Shown here: positions 13,446 to 26,435 of the stretch, piece after piece | Layout of the letters: each line of letters begins with the position of its first letter | How positions within the stretch are numbered: position 1 is the stretch's first letter | Source: Amoebidium appalachense | Taxonomy: Eukaryota; Protista; Ichthyosporea | Reading direction: 5' to 3' | DNA: 64,000 nucleotides | Assembly (NCBI GenBank): GCA_963693365.1 | Contig: CAVNZM010000012.1 | Coordinates: 8,560,001 to 8,624,000 of the forward strand | Position numbers and translations under genes: made by a program | The notes under the pieces: model-generated | What the model was told of the DNA's origin: nothing | The model's database searches: none | Seen by the model: the letters and a program-made list of their open reading frames with translations, nothing else

Positions 13446-14575
13446 GGGGGGACTCGTTCTGGTTTTAGAGACCTGTACATGTGTTCGAAAGGAAGAACAC
13501 AATGATGGAATGAGAGATCTAGATCGCCGCAACTTGCGATTGTAAATCAAAACACATAGGAAACGGTTGGCAGGGGAATTCTTAAAGGGCAAAAAAAAAC
13601 AAAAAAAAAAAAAAACGCTATATCTCCATCATTTGATGTCTATCTGATACGTTATATCTCCACATAAAAATCTGTATGATGTAAGTGTAACACTGGTTTT
13701 TTCATGTATGTATATCTTGTTGGGTGGAGGTACTGTTGGCCTTGGTGCCGACAACTCATCACAGCTCACGTAGTACATGTCGTTAATAAACAGCACATTC
13801 CCTTTGAATTCTTATACGAAGTGGGAAAATTAAGCAAAATCGAAAGACGCATACACGTGTGTGCGCGCGCGCGCACACGCACACACACACACATGCCCGG
13901 GTGTGCGTCACGTATCATTGCAACAACATCACAAACACAGCCACATATCTGCGGCCACGCAGAGGAACTTAGATGGATGAGGTGTTGGATGGGGGGTGCA
14001 ATCGGATTCAGTTAAAGACACAAGAACACACGTAGATTGCGCAGATGCCGAGGACAATGGGGGTAACCCCCCCCCCCCCCCCCCCAAAAAAACAAAAACA
14101 AAAAACCGAGTATGAAAATCATAAACTGTTACAGAGCCCATCCTCACGACGCCCACATACCATCAACCATTCGCATAACAGTACACACAAAACCCAATTC
14201 GGAGAGAGGGGGCGGGGGGGGGGGGGGGGGGGGGGGGGAGGGGGGGGGGACAGGCAAGATGCGCAGATGTTGTTTTAAAAATGATCTCTCTGCTATTTAT
14301 AAAACCATGTCAGTGCGGGTATCCAGGTACCACTTGCACATCATACCGATATTCTATTGGTCGCCATCGACCTTCTACTAGTTCACCAGTCAATAGCTGC
14401 TAGGCGTATTCTACCTCATATTTGCCTTAAAAGATTAACCACCTTCCTAAACAGGCTATTTCTCTACTGCAACCACTCACGTAGGTCACTGTGGTAAATT
14501 GTACTGGTCAAGGGGGATTAACTTGACTCACATTAGCCAAATAAGGTACATCACCTTCCTTTTAAGGCTATCTTC

Positions 14576-14768
14576 CTACAGCCGCCACTGGCGCAAATCG
14601 CTGTGGTGTGTGGTGCTAATAGTAATTGGGTGGGTCTGGGGGGGCAGGAATGGGCCGGTGATAGACACAGAGAGGGTGTGGTCTCCTGTATGCAGGGGGG
14701 AGAGAATCTCGTGCTTGATGTGTTGTGTCTGGCTGGATGCAAGAGTCACACACACCTTGCGCTCCCCT

Positions 14769-14804
<36 letters not shown>

Positions 14805-14959
14805 ACGGACGGACGGACGGACGGATGGATGGAAGCGGCGGGGTAAAGGGTGGGGTCGGGTGGGGTGGGAATGGGAATGGGGACAGGGAAGGGTTAAAAT
14901 ACGTTACAGATACGAGTACATATTCACAACGGACAACACACGACACGGGGGGAGGGGAC

Positions 14960-15010
<51 letters not shown>

Positions 15011-15867
15011 ATGTACACCATTTTTTTGCTTTAACTTTTTCGATCTGGTGGGTGCTGGAAAAGGGGGGGAGGGGGGAGGGGGGACGGGGGGAGAGGGTGA
15101 TTGTGTTTTGATGTGTTTTATCATCTATTTTTCTTTTTCTTTCTTTTCTTTTCATTCTTTCTTTTTTTTTTTTTTTTTTTTTGGGGGGGGGGGGGGGGAG
15201 TATTTACCATTGATGTCGAGAGTGGGGGCAAGCAAATCCACACAGACGTTTGTGAGCTCAAAATCGAACGGGTTGCTGACCGTGACATGCACGGGGTGCA
15301 CAGGCCGGTCCCTGTGTGTGCGTGCGTGCGTGTGTGTGTGGGTGTGTGTGTGTGGGTGTGTGTGTGTGTGTGTGTGTTGAGGATGGAAAGGAGATTGGGG
15401 GGGGGGGGAAGGGGTTCAGAATGTGCTACAGAGTACAAAGTACACACGAATGACGCAGAACACAAAGCAGATTGGAAAGCACACAAAAAAGATTCCCGAG
15501 GGATGGGGGGGGGGGGGGGGGGGGGGTGAGAAAGGGGGGGGGGGGGGGGGGGGGGGGGCATCACTTGACTGGTGTGGGTGGTTTGTTTCAAATTTTAGGT
15601 GTCCTGTCAACAGTGTGGTTTTCATTGTCTATAACCCTCTATCGTTGGGAAAACTGGTAAGTTGTGCGCCTTACCTATACTAGTCACAGAGGAGCGCAAT
15701 GCATTTGAAAGTCACGACGTGCGGGTTTGAGTTCTTGCATTGGATGGTATGGTCGTCGCGAGCACCGAAAAAAAAAAAAGCTCCCTTGCATTGTGCGTGC
15801 GAACTTAGAAGGCGGATGGGTGGGTGGGGACGGGAAGGTGTGTGTTGGAGGGAAGCGATGGAGAGGG

Positions 15868-15934
<67 letters not shown>

Positions 15935-16835
15935 GGGGGGGGGGGGGGGGGGGGGAGGGCGGGGGGAGGTGGTCATACTGTGGGGCGGAAGCACGGGGGA
16001 TGGAAGCAGGGGCAGAGAGAACCACTCTTGGGGCAGCCAATAGAATTGTGGTTTTGGCCAGGCCGGCGGCATTTGAGCCAATCACAAGAGCCCGGATCTC
16101 AATGGAATGTCCGGCCCCCATTTCCTTGGTGGCATAGTCGCTAGGGTCGATGGTAAGTGCCAGAAGGCCCTGGTTGTTGCTGCGCGGGAGTGCACGTGCG
16201 GGCTCCTGTGTGTACCGGTGTGTGTGTACGTGTGTGTGTACGTGTGTGTGTGTACGTGTGTGTACGTGTGTGTCTACGTGTGTGTGTACGTGTACGTGTG
16301 TGTGTACATGTGTGTGTACGTGTGTGTGTGTACGTGTGTGTACGTGTGTGTGTACGTGTGTGTGTACGTGTGTGTGTGTACGTGTGTGTGCACGCGTGTG
16401 CATGGGGTGATTGGTTAGTATTCATAGTTCACTTTCGAGCAGGGAATGTTAAATTTTTGGTAGATTCACATCACCGAATGAAAATGTTTCCCAATAAACC
16501 TTAACCACTGCAGTAAAACAAAGTCGTCAACGCAACCAAACCACCGAGAATCACAATACAAAGAGCCCCGTTGTTTTAGGCATGAAATCACACACTACTC
16601 TGTAACACAATAAAAGTGTAAGATGAAGTGATAAGAGTGCATGTCCTTCAACCATTTTTTACTCAAGAAATTACAAGTACAGATCGGGGTGGGTGGGGGT
16701 GGCGGTGATGTGGGCCGGGTTCTGGGTTGGTGTGTGTGTGAACGGCGGCGCAAACAAGAACGTTCGGGTGGGCGTACGTACGTGTGTTGGTATTTATGTC
16801 AGAGCGAGTCTGTGTGTCCTTTTTTTTTTTTTTTT

Positions 16836-16883
<48 letters not shown>

Positions 16884-17852
16884 TACCCTAAAGCTCTTGA
16901 TCTCTTTAATGACGGTACCATCATACGACACCAAGTCGGCAACCACGGCAATTTCCAAGCCCTCATTGGGCCCAATCTCACCGATTAGTGCCCCATCGGG
17001 AATATGCACGGAGATCGTGGCTTTGATTGGCTGGCCCACCTCGACCGTGTGCCGATCGGCAAAGATCTCGATGGGAATTTCCTTGACGGGAATGGAATTT
17101 GCGCCGTTGGTTGGGGGCTCGGGGTGGAAGGGGTCGTGGGGGGCAGGAATGTAGGCATCCTTATCGGGGTCCACGTATTCCTTTTTTGGTAAGAGAGGGT
17201 GTGAGTTGATTGGTCCGTCGTGTGATAGTGGACGGCGGGGAATCTGCAATCAAAACTCACTACCGGGATTGCGGGTGTGTGTGGGTGTGTGTGTGTGTAG
17301 GGGGGAAGCAGGGGGGGGGGGGGGGGGGGGGGGGCAGTGGGAAAAGGGGAGAGGGGATCCCATGGAGGTGCAGGTGCACACACACACGCACGAGACACGT
17401 ACATGCTTTCTTCCTCTCCTTTGCTATCATTGCAAACGAGTAAACGTACCCATCCTTTTCATCCAATTGTGCAACACGACGTACAGACTGATACACAAAC
17501 CTCGATGATATACCACCCTCAAACATATTCTTTCCCCAACTATCTCGTCCATGTGCATGTGTGCGTGCGTGTGAGTGTGTGTGTGCCTGTTTCGAGGAAT
17601 TCATCCTCACCTTTGTAATATCCTCTTCCTCGAACTTTTCCTCCCCCAGCTTCTTCGTCACCACCAGTCTCACCCCCTTGCCCTTGTACGTTAGTTGCTT
17701 CTTGACTTCGCACGCGGGGATATTATCATTTGTCTCAAAGGGTCCTTTGTGCTTCATCGTGTTGTTTTCACACTCAACAAGGAAGTTGCGCACAGTAGCG
17801 TGCACCTGTGTTTTGGAAATTTTTAAGAAGGGATGGAAGGGCAGGGCATGGG

Positions 17853-17891
<39 letters not shown>

Positions 17892-19675
17892 CAGAGTATG
17901 ACAGAGAACACACCAAAACAATAACCACGCCACCCAGCGGATTCCTTGTCCCTTTCTCTCTCTCTCTCTCTCTCTTTTTCAGGAGAGAGAGAGAGAGAGG
18001 GGGAGGGGGGGGGGGGGTTGTTTGTTCTTTTCCTCCTTTTTTTTTTCTTTTTTTTTTTTTTTTTGGAGGGGGGGGGGGATGTCGCGAGGCCCGAGTGCAT
18101 GTGAGCTCCAGAATAATCTCTCGAATTAACCGCTTACAGGTGACGAAATGCATGGATGAGGGGTCGCAGCCGAGGGAGAGGGGTGGGGGGGGGGGGGTTG
18201 AGAGAAATTGTGGGCGGGTGGGGAGGGAGGGAAGGAAATGAGGGGAAAGGGTTGAGAGAGGGTGCGTGTGTGTGCCGGTAGGGGGGGGAAGGGGGGGGGG
18301 GGGGGAGGAGGGGGGGGAAGGCGAGGGCGGGGGGGGGGGGGGGAGGGGGGTTTGGGCACATACAGCGCTGATGACAGCCGACACATTCCAAGGCTGACTT
18401 TCATCCAATGCCTTGACAGCAGCAACGCTGGCAGGGCCCATGCCGGTGGGGGTCCCATCTAGCACATTCCATCCACTGTGATTGGCTGGCTCGCGGTTGA
18501 GCCAAATATCGTTCCAAGAATGGAAATTCCACACGTGACCCTCCTTATAGACCAACTTTCCGTCCTTGTCGTAATAGTAGTTGACAACGTGGTGTGTCTT
18601 GCGGTCGGCATACTGAAAAATGGTGGGGGGGGGAGGGGGGGGGGAGGGTGGAGGGTGGAGGGGTGGGGAGGGAGCGGTTGAAGGGGAGGGGGGAGGGCGG
18701 AAAAGGGATTGAGGGGGGAGGGAAGGGGGGAGGGGAGGAGGGTGGGGGAGGGAGGGGAGGGGGGGGGGGGGGGGGGGGGGGGGTGGTAAGTTAGATACAT
18801 ATCAGGCTTGGGTGGGGAATATAGAAACAGAAGGGTCAGAGATAGTGGTAGGGCGGGGCGGGGAGGGGGGGAGGGGGGGGGGGAGAGGGGGGGGGGGGGG
18901 GGGGGTGATACACAACATGGGTTTCAAGTTCAGCAAGTAAAAGGCAAAACAACATTCGTGCCCGCCCGGGGGCAAAGGGGGGAAGTTGGGGGGGGGGGGG
19001 GGGGGGGGGGGGGGTTTGTATTGTGTTGTGGGGGCATTGAATCGACGGTTTGATGGAGAAAATAAATCAAGGCGGGAAGGAATGAAGGTGGATGGGGTTA
19101 GGAGAACACAAGGGAAGAATAGATAGACGGAAAGGGAATGAGTAGGAGCACAGGGGGGGGGGGGGGGGGGGGAGGAGGTTCACGGGCTTATTTTTACTTC
19201 CTATGGCCGGGTGGAGTGCGTTAAGGGGAACAGTATCGAGAGAGTTTGAATGGGGAGTGGGGGACGGGGGGAAGGGGGGGGGGGGGGGGGGGGGGGAGGG
19301 GGGGGTCAAGGTAGTGGTATTTATGAGAGGGTGGCAAGCAAAAGAAAATCCCCCCCAAAAGCCACAAGCCGCTTCGGTCCATTTAACATTTAACTAAAAT
19401 TTAACATTTAAATTTAACTTACCAATGTCTGCGACGCATCAATCATAGCCTCGAATGCAGTCACCTGACGTGTGGGGTACCCCAAGGCCCTCAAATAGGT
19501 GTTCTGGACGGCTGCAAAAACCCAGCACTGGCCGTATTTTACGGGTTTTTTGCCGTTTGACTTCCATTTTTCGATAATATCGATAGTAGAAGTCCAATAT
19601 CCCGGGTAAACGCCATCGGGAAACGTGGCAGCCCAGCGGCCCTCGAGAACACCTGTGTGTGTGTGTGGGAAGGGG

Positions 19676-19707
<32 letters not shown>

Positions 19708-20281
19708 AGAGGAGGGGGAAGAGGAAGTTGAAGGAGGAAAGGGGGGAGGAATGTGAGATGATAATAGAGAAGTGTTTTATATCACCAATCCTCGGGGGAG
19801 GGAGGGGGGGTTGCAGAGGTAGAGGAGAGGGAGAGATGAGAGAGAGGACGGGGGGGGGGGGGGGGGGGGGGGGGTTACAGAGAGAGAGAATCCAGGGCAG
19901 ACCATACACTCTCTTATCACAAGTTTCTCTCCTCTCCCTTCTTTCTCCACACACCTGTCGACCCACAACAAGAGAAACCCGAACACCAAGTCCGAAATAT
20001 TTGTGAGAGCCGGTGTCGGGTTTTTTTTTAATTTTTTATTTATTTTGTGTTTGTGTGTGTGCGTGTGTGTGTGTGTGTGTGGGGGGGGGGGGGGCAGAGA
20101 TCTAACGCACCCTTAAAGTTCCCACGGACAACGGGCTTTGGGCTGTCAGTCATATTGACACAACCAATGTTGTGGCTCAGATGCTGTGCAACCAGTAGGG
20201 GGTCACGGTAGTCCATACGGGGTAGACCTTCAAGCATCTCAAAAACGGTGTCCAACACTAGCTGTCTGTTCTGTCCGTAGT

Positions 20282-20326
<45 letters not shown>

Positions 20327-20543
20327 GGGGGGGGGGGGGGGGGGGGGGAGGAGGGAGGGGGAAGAAGTGAAGAGTGGGGGGAGGGGGGTTGGGGGGGTAA
20401 AGGGGCTAGAAAGTGTTATAGAGTGTGAAGTATGACGGGACAACACAATGCATATTGCAAAGCAGGAGAGCGGGAATGGGGGGAGGATAGATTGGGTGTG
20501 GGGAACAGGAGGGGTTGAAAGGGGGAGGGGAGAGAGAGAGAGT

Positions 20544-20578
<35 letters not shown>

Positions 20579-20725
20579 GGGAGGTAGTGTTAGAGAGAAC
20601 GAAGTACACATCAACAACGGACAACAGGGTGAATGTTTCGCCAAAAAAAAAAAAAGGGGGGGGGGGTACAGGCAAAGAGTATGCATCATGTAGGAGTAGA
20701 GCTGGGAGGGGGGGACGGAAGGTGG

Positions 20726-20763
<38 letters not shown>

Positions 20764-20850
20764 TGTGAAGAAGCATGAAGGAGTGGGAGGGGAGAGCTAG
20801 GATTCGGGGGCATTTCGGCAAAAAGGCTTGTTAGAAAAAGACCCCGGGAA

Positions 20851-20885
<35 letters not shown>

Positions 20886-21293
20886 GAGAGTCAATAGTGA
20901 TAACCGGGTTAGTAAGGAATAGTAGAGGTTGAACAGGAGGTCAGGGTTGCAAAGGAAACAAGGAGAGATTTGGTGTGTGTGATGTTGGTTCAGTTCACAT
21001 GTTAACATTTTGGGGTCTATACTCTTTGTGTGGTGGTAGTGGTGGATTTGAGGGTGAAGGCAAACGGGGGCCGGGGGGAGGGGGGGGGGGGGGGGGGGGG
21101 GGGGGGATAAGGAAATAACCTGTACATTACTTGTTGAAGGTATTATGTGGTTAGAACAACTAGGTGGCAACGAAAGTAATCATTTTTTTTTCCCCCCTTT
21201 TTTTTTTGGGGGGGGGGGGGGGAGGGGGAGGTAGAATGTGTTCTAGAATACGAAGTGCACATTCGTGACACCCGACACGGAGGCGGTGGTAGT

Positions 21294-21339
<46 letters not shown>

Positions 21340-22763
21340 GAGGAGGGACGGTATCCAATGATAACCTATAACCTTACCATTGCATGGCGCCGTATTCTTT
21401 AATTGTGCCGGTGAAGACCGGGCCCCAATCCTTAACGACATACTCATTCAACAAGTTCTCATCATCCATATGGAGCATCTTCTCATTCTCGCTCCACGGG
21501 TTGAACAAGAGATAGATGGGGAAAGGATAGCTGTATGTGAAATCCTCAATATGTGTGGGTCTCTCCCCCTCCTTAATAAGATCGACATAGAAAACGATGT
21601 TGTCGTATTTACCAATGGGATCGTCCGCTTCTGTCGTCACCTCCACGAAATAAGTGTTGTCTTCGTTTGCTGGACCCGTGATTTTAGTTTTAAATTCGGG
21701 CACAACATCGCCTTTGAAAGTGTCTGTCGTCATGAAGATGTTCATGGTTGTTGAATCGACGGGCAGATCGGTCCATACCTGAAAGGATGTGATGGGTTAA
21801 GGGTTATAAAGGGTTCACAATTGGTATTGCTGGGAATCTAGTCACGTGCTGCCAATATACATAGAAAGACAGCGGAGCAGGATAAGATTTCAATAACGGT
21901 GGAACTAAAACCTAAAACTAAAATTTAAATTTTAACTGACGTCGAGACAACTGCCGGTTGGAACAACAAAGGCACAACATAAAGAGGAAAAGAAACATAG
22001 CGGAGCAGGATAAGATTTCAATAACGGTGGAACTAAAACCTAAAACTAAAATATAAATTTTAACTGACGTCGAGACAACTGCCGGTTGGAACAACAAAGG
22101 CACACCATAAAGAGGAAAAGAAACATATCAGTATTGTACTGTAAAGTAGATCAAATCTGGTGATGCCATCATGCAAATCTACCCACGAATCGAATATGTA
22201 CCAGCAACAACATTCTAATACATCTTGAAATCAGCTCCCATCTGACACATGCGAACATGCGAATGTATATACATGGGTGTGTGCGCATGTGCATAGTTCT
22301 TGGAATAGGCGCTCCACCATGTGTATAACCGCGTTATTGCCCAACTATAATCTCCGGCTCCCCGTTCTCCCTCCCTCCCCTTTCCTTCCCCCCCCTCCCC
22401 CCCCCCCCCCCCTCTACCCCTGCCCCGGTGGACATCATCCTCTCTGCCTGTTTGCACTCATCGTGGAACCCAAACACGCTTGAACATGCGCATGTGCATG
22501 CACGCACGCCCAAACACCAACACGCAAATACACACCTTGAGTGTAAAGGGCCATCCTCTCCTGACAGCAAACCCCTCTGTCAGTTCAAACTGCTCTGTTT
22601 TGTGTTTCGTTTTAGTCTCATCCGTAACCCTCACACCAATGACTTCGGGCCATCCTTCTCCCGGTTCGTCATCATCATTGTCATTAGTCCGCGTGAGTGT
22701 CTTGCGCGCCGCCGCCGTAAAAGCGAGCACAAGCACTAAGAGAGAGAAGAGTTGGCGCCTCAT
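14576..22763 (-). CDS. TGM: Protein-glutamine gamma-glutamyltransferase (transglutaminase, animal-type four-domain) with N-terminal signal peptide, 10 exons, 784 aa
   Basis: Exons (minus): 22763-22536, 21778-21378, 20283-20111, 19652-19423, 18612-18364, 17805-17611, 17243-16887, 16205-15979, 15311-15208, 14766-14576; GT-AG and phase-compatible (2355 nt). Motifs: AVRRGWPF (N-terminal sandwich), [26 protein letters not shown] (catalytic Cys 19525-19527), WNFHSWND (His 18520-18522), GWNVLDGTP (Asp 18457-18459), [13 protein letters not shown] (C-terminal barrel). Confidence 0.93.
21871..22126. repeat. 128-bp tandem duplication (2 copies) in transglutaminase intron 1
   Basis: Units start at 21871 and 21999 (agcggagcaggataagatttc...aaagaggaaaagaaacat) and are almost identical. 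Confidence 0.9.
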
Positions 22764-24471
22764 TCTCGCTTCCTCCCACCCATACACCCAGTAAACAAAA
22801 AAGGAAAACGAGGGGTTATTTTTTTCGAGAATAAACAGAAGTGTGATGATTGTTTTTGGTTTTGTACTTCTGCATCTTGTTTTCAGCCAATCAGAAAATT
22901 GATCGCTTGATGGAAAAAAGCAGGTGTGTGCAGTTTGGGGCGGTGGTTAAAATTTTCCGGTTCGGGTCAGAGCCAAACTGCACAGGCCCCGAATCAAGAG
23001 CACTCTGTATATCAAATAGCCTGATACTATTATATTGTATATATACCTATAAAACAACAATTATACTAGATTAGTGATATATTATTTCTTTCTGTGTATA
23101 TTCCCACATTATGAAATAACCGATTGACAAGTAATAGACATATATTGCATCAGCTGTGACCCTGCAAATTCCGGGTCAATAACTTGGTCATGACTCTTGA
23201 CCCGAAAAGGATTTGTTGACAAAACCATATTTGGTAATCCAGAAATGGTAAAAGCGAAGAGGGGGTGCAAAAGTCACTATGTGCACCGGACACTTTATTA
23301 TGACAGGTAAAAGAGCTTGAAAAGCAACAGGGTCTCCATTTATATTTTTTAGACTTCTTTAAACCTGTATAATAATAGTACTTGGATTATTTCATACAAA
23401 ATACATATTTTATCTGTCTCAAACCTACTATAATCAGAGTGCTGTGTTGATTGGCTTATCACGAACCATTCTCCCAATACCCCCAATTCTTATCTTCGGT
23501 CAACCGCACAGGAGGGCTCACCGCACACGTATATACACGTACGCACGTTCCTCGGGATTCAACACACTTACACACTTTTGTGCTACCACTGTCACCGTGC
23601 CAAGTGACAGAATAGCATGAAGCCTCGAAAGACAGAAAAACGAACTTGGGAGTGTAGATTCAGTGTATACATAGAAAACTAAGGCCAAGCTCTTCTGGTT
23701 TAACAGCTGTTCACACTGGCATGGACCCCAATTCTTGCATTTTCAATCGGCTAGAAAATCGACGACTCGGCATTCTAGACCATTTCTTTATTATAAATTT
23801 TTTTGTCCGCCCGACCTCTTCAGTCTTTGCTTTATCTGAAATTCGTTGATGATAATGGTGAATGTATTATTCTATGTTTTTGTGCTTTAGAGCGATTTGA
23901 TAGTTTGATAAGTCAGGGCTAGAAATTACATTGTAGGATTACTGTATTTTGGCACCTGGCGGATCGCGGCCTATTTTTGTTTAGAGATATTTATTTCCTT
24001 TTTACTTCCCTATATCTATCCGATATATGTATACCTATCCGGCGCTCGGGGGGCCCCGGACCCCCCGTATGATTCATTGCCAATATCATAACCTTGCGTT
24101 TATATTACTATACATTTAAAATTTCCTGTCAGTTATTCCCAACAATCATGTGTGCCTTTTGTTTAAGGGCGATTTACTGTGTTGACTGCTCCTTTCGAGT
24201 CTCAGCCATCTGCTGAACCATTGTATATCTCTAAAAATTTGTAGCTTTGAATGCAAAACAAAATTCAACAAGCCCAGAAAGCAGATTAAATTGGATATTG
24301 AGTGGATATTTTCCCTGCTTTTTCCATATGCTTTGTCCGGATCCGGCAAAGGACTCTTCATGAGATATAATGAGGTATGTATGTAGATAACTTTTTTCGT
24401 GATTGCAGGTTTCCAGTGTTTTCCCAGGAAAAAATCGGAAAAATTGAGAGCTCCAACTTTGGGCAGTTGGG

Positions 24472-24505
<34 letters not shown>

Positions 24506-26319
24506 GGGGAAGAGGGGGAGGGGGAGGGCACTATTCTTTTTATTTACTTTCCCAACCTCCAACGCAGGTGGAACTAAGTCCCAGGCTTTACTGGTACTTT
24601 TTGAAAATTAGCGGTATATTTATTTCCGAAGACAGTGTAATTTCCTGCCCTGTGATAAATGATTTAAAATTCGACTTCAAAACGCGTTCGCGTCCTGTCA
24701 CGCCCCACGTACAAGAGTATACGGTGATTGTCCCCCGATCCACCAAGAGCTAATCAAAACGCTTGTCTCGGACACACGCAGCACACATGGCACGCACATG
24801 TACATGAGTGCACTGGCAAGTCACGTGCTTCTCTGTTGTGGGCATGCAGTTATTTTTCTGTGCTCGGACAAAACCTTATACGTATGTACACGCTAGCACC
24901 ATAGCTGTACTTACAATCTTTGTTGATGCTAAATAGGTCTCACGGACAAGGCGCACACAGGGCACTATTATTAACATTGCAAGTTCGATGGAATGTCCGA
25001 TGACAAACCCGGCCATGCATGTGGGTGTGTGGTGGCATATGCATGGTGCTCGACTCCACGTATGCATACTAGTTGACTGGTTGAAATTCATATGGCTCAT
25101 ACTTTGCATAGGCTAAATATACGAAGCTTCGATATATACGGCTGAAGCCCTGCTGAAAACGCACATCATCCTGGATGAAGCTCTCATTCTCTGCTGGAAA
25201 TCAAGCGTGTGGGCCTCTGCGGGATCGCGCGACGGCGGGTTACAGTATTACTCAAGCATGACGTCATAATGGAAGGCTGTGATTGGTCAATTGTCCGCGC
25301 CAAAAGTAATAGTTGCCCTTCCCTATAGCGCGCGGCGCCGACAGCCCAACTCTCAGCTCGAGTCAACAGTCTAGCTGCTCAACAGTGTGACAAGGAACTT
25401 CTGGAAGAAAAGTTTTTGGCTCCTTGGGAATCAGAACTTGGGCTGTGCAAGTGTCTGTGTCTACATCTCCGTAAGAACGGAGGGGCACCATCAAACACCA
25501 TGTTGCTAAAAAGCGGTGCACGTGCCGGCCATGGATCCATGGGCGCAAGGCTGGTAAGTGTATACGTCCTTTTTCGGGTCCCCCCTCCTCCCCCCCCCCC
25601 CCCCCCCCCCTCCCCCTCCTCCTCCTCTCCCTCCTTTGAGAGTGATTTGCAGCCGCAAGCTGAAAAGAGCTGTTTGTGCGCGCGTTTGATTAGTTTGTGG
25701 CACATGTTCATTCGGTCTGCTACATATCGGCTGTCTATCTCCCAGCCCAAAGAGGCACGTTACACACACATGCACCCCCACTTGCATCACTACACCTCCT
25801 CGCGCCTATCATCATCCCTCCACTCTCCCCACTTTCATTATGATTCTCTGCATTTCATGATGTTTTGGTTTCTCAGTTTAACAGCACCGCACATTTCCTT
25901 CAACATATACACTTTCTTCGTTCATGCACGTGCAGCTGTCGAGAGGCAGGCGGACGGGAAACACGGGAACTTGATACGCAAACGCTGCAAACATGGCGAC
26001 CACGTGAACATTTACGGACGAGCACACACATGCGTAGATCCACTAATGTATGCATGCACACACACGAACACTCACAGCGCCGTGCACATGCACGTGCAGA
26101 TGCGCACACATAACCACGTGACCGTCTCAAACCTAATATTATAGTTTAGGAGAGCAGGCACATATACGGTTTCCACGCCCACGCCCACGCCGAGCTACAC
26201 ACGCACGCACGCACGCACACACATATGCGTGCACGCATAAGCACGCGGTCAGGCACACTGCTTGCATGCACACACATGCACGCACTCACGCACGCACGCA
26301 CGCACGCGCACACACACAG

Positions 26320-26357
<38 letters not shown>

Positions 26358-26435
26358 GCACGCGCACAAGCGCAAGCACTGCCTGTAAGTACCTGGAGAG
26401 GCAGACTAAGCATGTAAGCAACACATGAGCTCGCG

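Noticed and set aside
23100-24760. AT-rich segment with small hairpins (23165-23215, ~24046-24066) as a DNA transposon
   Set aside because: No matching termini, target-site duplication or transposase could be identified by eye.
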